Source: Tubulanus polymorphus (taxonomy: Eukaryota > Animalia > Nemertea). Taken from it: a DNA stretch of 64,000 bases. Where the stretch lies: positions 2,790,001 to 2,854,000 of the forward strand of contig NC_134031.1 of NCBI RefSeq assembly GCF_964204645.1, given 5' to 3'. A program made the translations under genes and the position numbers. The notes beneath the pieces were generated by a model. That model did not search any database. It saw only the letters and a program-made list of their open reading frames with translations, and was not told the origin of the DNA. Shown here in pieces: positions 61,601 through 64,000 of this stretch (positions within the stretch are counted from its first letter, which is position 1; each line of letters starts with the position of its first letter).

Positions 61601-62334
61601 GAACATAATGAAAGCGCTGAAGAAAATGACAAAGCAAGTGACTGACAATCTGAAAGCTTCACGGAATGAATCGGCAGACATTATATCCAACTTATCGACT
61701 ATAGAAGAAAAGCTTCTTCAAGTTCGTGATCAAATAAGTGATCAACAATTGGAAGATTTTAGCATCGAAACAACTCGTTGGCAGTTGTACATACGTGTTT
61801 GTGAGTTGGCGCAGAAGAAAAACGAATTGAGGTTCCAGTTAAGCGTTGAACTGGGTGACGAATTAGTTAGAACTGAAAATACTTTGACCGGTAACAGAAG
61901 AATAACCGAACAGGAGGAAACAGACATAGAGACATTCTTGAAGAAATTGAAGAAAGCGATTCCGAATAGTGGTCTTGGAATAAGTGAAGCTGAACGGGTT
62001 CAAATTGTTCAGGCAATCGGTTTGGCAAGAGGACACTGGTACGCGTGTCCAAACGGTAACTATATTGAATGTAAAATTTTGCATAAAAACAGTATACATG
62101 TGTATAATGTGAGCTTTTTTCGCTCCTTTATTTACTCAAACAGGCCATGTGTATGCTATTGGTGAATGTGGTGGTGCCTCACAACTCGGTAAATGCCCAG
62201 AGTGTGGCTCTGCAATTGGAGGTACTCGACACACGTTAACTGCTGGAAATCGACATTATGGTCTAATGGATGGTTCTAGTTACGCCGCATGGTCTGATCA
62301 GGCTAACATGGCGAATTATGAATTGAATTTCTAA
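55626..62334 (+). CDS. ZNFX1: NFX1-type zinc finger-containing protein 1 (UPF1-like SF1 RNA helicase, NF-X1 zinc fingers, RZ finger), ~1843 aa
   Basis: Exons 55626-55774 (RG/RGG-rich), 56864-62055 and 62144-62334 join in frame (5532 nt). Motifs: YLDVNFRLLREDFVRPLREGI, RLLFGSLVCLS, QGPPGTGKT, YTNHALDQFLE, IVEEAAE, IGDHKQLRP, QHRM, VDNYQGEE, RVCVALSRAK, multiple CGHxC fingers, and C-terminal GHWYACPNGHVYAIGECGGA...CPECGSAIGG. Confidence 0.95.
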
Positions 62335-62644
62335 CATGAAGCTTGAATAGGTAGGTCCATATTCATTCGTTTTTTCCAAACACTTTCGAAATTAAAAAAA
62401 TTAAGTGTATGTCCTTTTTATATTTAGCTGTTCGGGGGAACGTAATTCAACAAGGTGATTGAATATTCTGTCGTGTGTAGCTCACTGGAGGATCATGATT
62501 CTACGCGTTTTAAAAGAACTTGAGCTAGTGTTCGACATTTCGATGATTTTAAATAGAATACATGATATTGGTTCTTCTCTATTTATTCAATTAGTATTAT
62601 ATGTTAATCTTATTATTATCATTATGCTTAATCAAATAAATATA

Positions 62645-62794
62645 CGGTGGAACCTCGTTATATCGACCTCAGATATAACATCGGTTATTACCAACCTAGA
62701 ATGTTGTCCCAAATAGGACAATTATTATTCGCACTGCACATATAACGAGCAGATTTTCTGGTCTCCTGAAGTTCGTTGTAACGAGGTTTCACTG
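62645..62794. mobile_element. Tigger/pogo-like MITE downstream of the ZNFX1 stop codon
   Basis: TA|CGGTGGAACCTCGTTATA...TGTAACGAGGTTTCACTG|TA. Confidence 0.65.
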
Positions 62795-64000
62795 TATATC
62801 CATGTACGTGTACTTTATTGGAATAAATGTGGATTGTGATCAGTGTGAGATTTTTATTCTTATGTACATGGTTTGGGAATTTTCACATTGTCCTTTGGTT
62901 TTGGGGCCGATTGCATTCGGTAAGCATTTATTTTAGAAAATGAAGAAGCGCATAACACGAACAGTTTGAGGGGTCCTTGGAGCTCGGCTACATGTAGTCC
63001 CATTGATCGTCGGTGTGTAATGATAATGATTTCAATCTATTCTCGGGATCGTTATGCCAGTTTGTGAAGGAAAAATAAACGCACACCAAGCATAATTATG
63101 AAATATCGTTTATTGCAACAAGACTGACCATCAATAGTGAATAATAAAATATACACGACAGGTACATAGTTTATCATGGCAACTGGTGGTCAATATGGCC
63201 GAATATACTTGAGGCAAAAAAACGAGTCAACATATTACAATAAACTCTTAAATATAGAGAGCAAAACAGATCTATAGTTCCCAAACATTAACAAAATGAA
63301 TTATTCACTGGTTCGTAAAAATGTACATGATCCAAGTTAAATCGTGGATAAGATTATTTCATAGCTCCGAATAACTATTGTTTCCTTTCATAAATACATG
63401 TCAGAAATACAACAATTCCTATGATAAACTTCGGACTACATGTAATTCAAAATGTGTGCAATTTAAACTATGTAACAGCAGAGTGCAGATGGATTTTCTG
63501 ATATCCCAGATTCCATTAGGTTTAAAAGATTGAGGATAGGACTATACGGTTATGTACGTCGGCGCAGAAAAGAAATATCATTGTAATCTTCGGTATATTC
63601 AATGGTTATAGGCTACCTTAATTTTTTTCTGGATCAGATCTTATTGACAAACGAAGGGTAATCATTTATCGGATATACTGAGGTTGTAAAGATAAGCTTG
63701 ACTAGTCAAATTAAGACTGGGAAAATTTCCATTTACTGCTTTCATGGATGTATTTTATATTCTAACGTCCGTGAATTCATAAATGCGCGGGAAACAGTGA
63801 CAAAATTAACAATTAAACAGGTGACTAGTGAATACCTCAGTGACTAAAGAATAACGAACACATATATATCTAGTGAACAGCTTTTCGTAAATGCTTGCAA
63901 GTAGTAAAGATACCGATAACGTATAGTACACGTAACGTACATATACTGTATATGCAATTTAACCCGGGTATATTATTATTATTATTATACATGTACGATG

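Noticed and set aside
57026-62099. Minus-strand and alternate-frame ORFs within ZNFX1
   Set aside because: Shadow ORFs of the 5.2 kb exon with no independent evidence.

Overview
AT-rich, intron-containing eukaryotic (animal) DNA; an invertebrate, possibly lophotrochozoan, origin is an inference. Gene models below were spliced by hand using GT-AG sites and reading frame. In order: the 5' part of a PH-domain gene (-), a UBXN10-like gene (+), a single-exon class A GPCR (-), glutamine synthetase II (-), a PRXL2B/SelU-family thioredoxin-fold gene (+), INTS11 (-) head-to-head with TADA1 (+), a ~2,150-aa mostly low-complexity protein with a C-terminal bromodomain (-), a ~13 kb gene-poor repeat-rich zone, and ZNFX1 (+). 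The most notable locus is PRXL2B. It has an in-frame TGA at the first position of its redox motif (UxxC) and a SECIS-like stem-loop in the 3' UTR, so it is most likely a selenoprotein that the ORF track misses. A proximal poly(A) signal followed by a long hairpin lies upstream of the SECIS, INTS11 converges on the same 3' UTR, and a 1.7 kb nested fold-back transposon sits just before the Sec exon. The window also holds many MITE/fold-back elements, satellites and LINE remnants. No CRISPR array, rRNA or intact tRNA was found.
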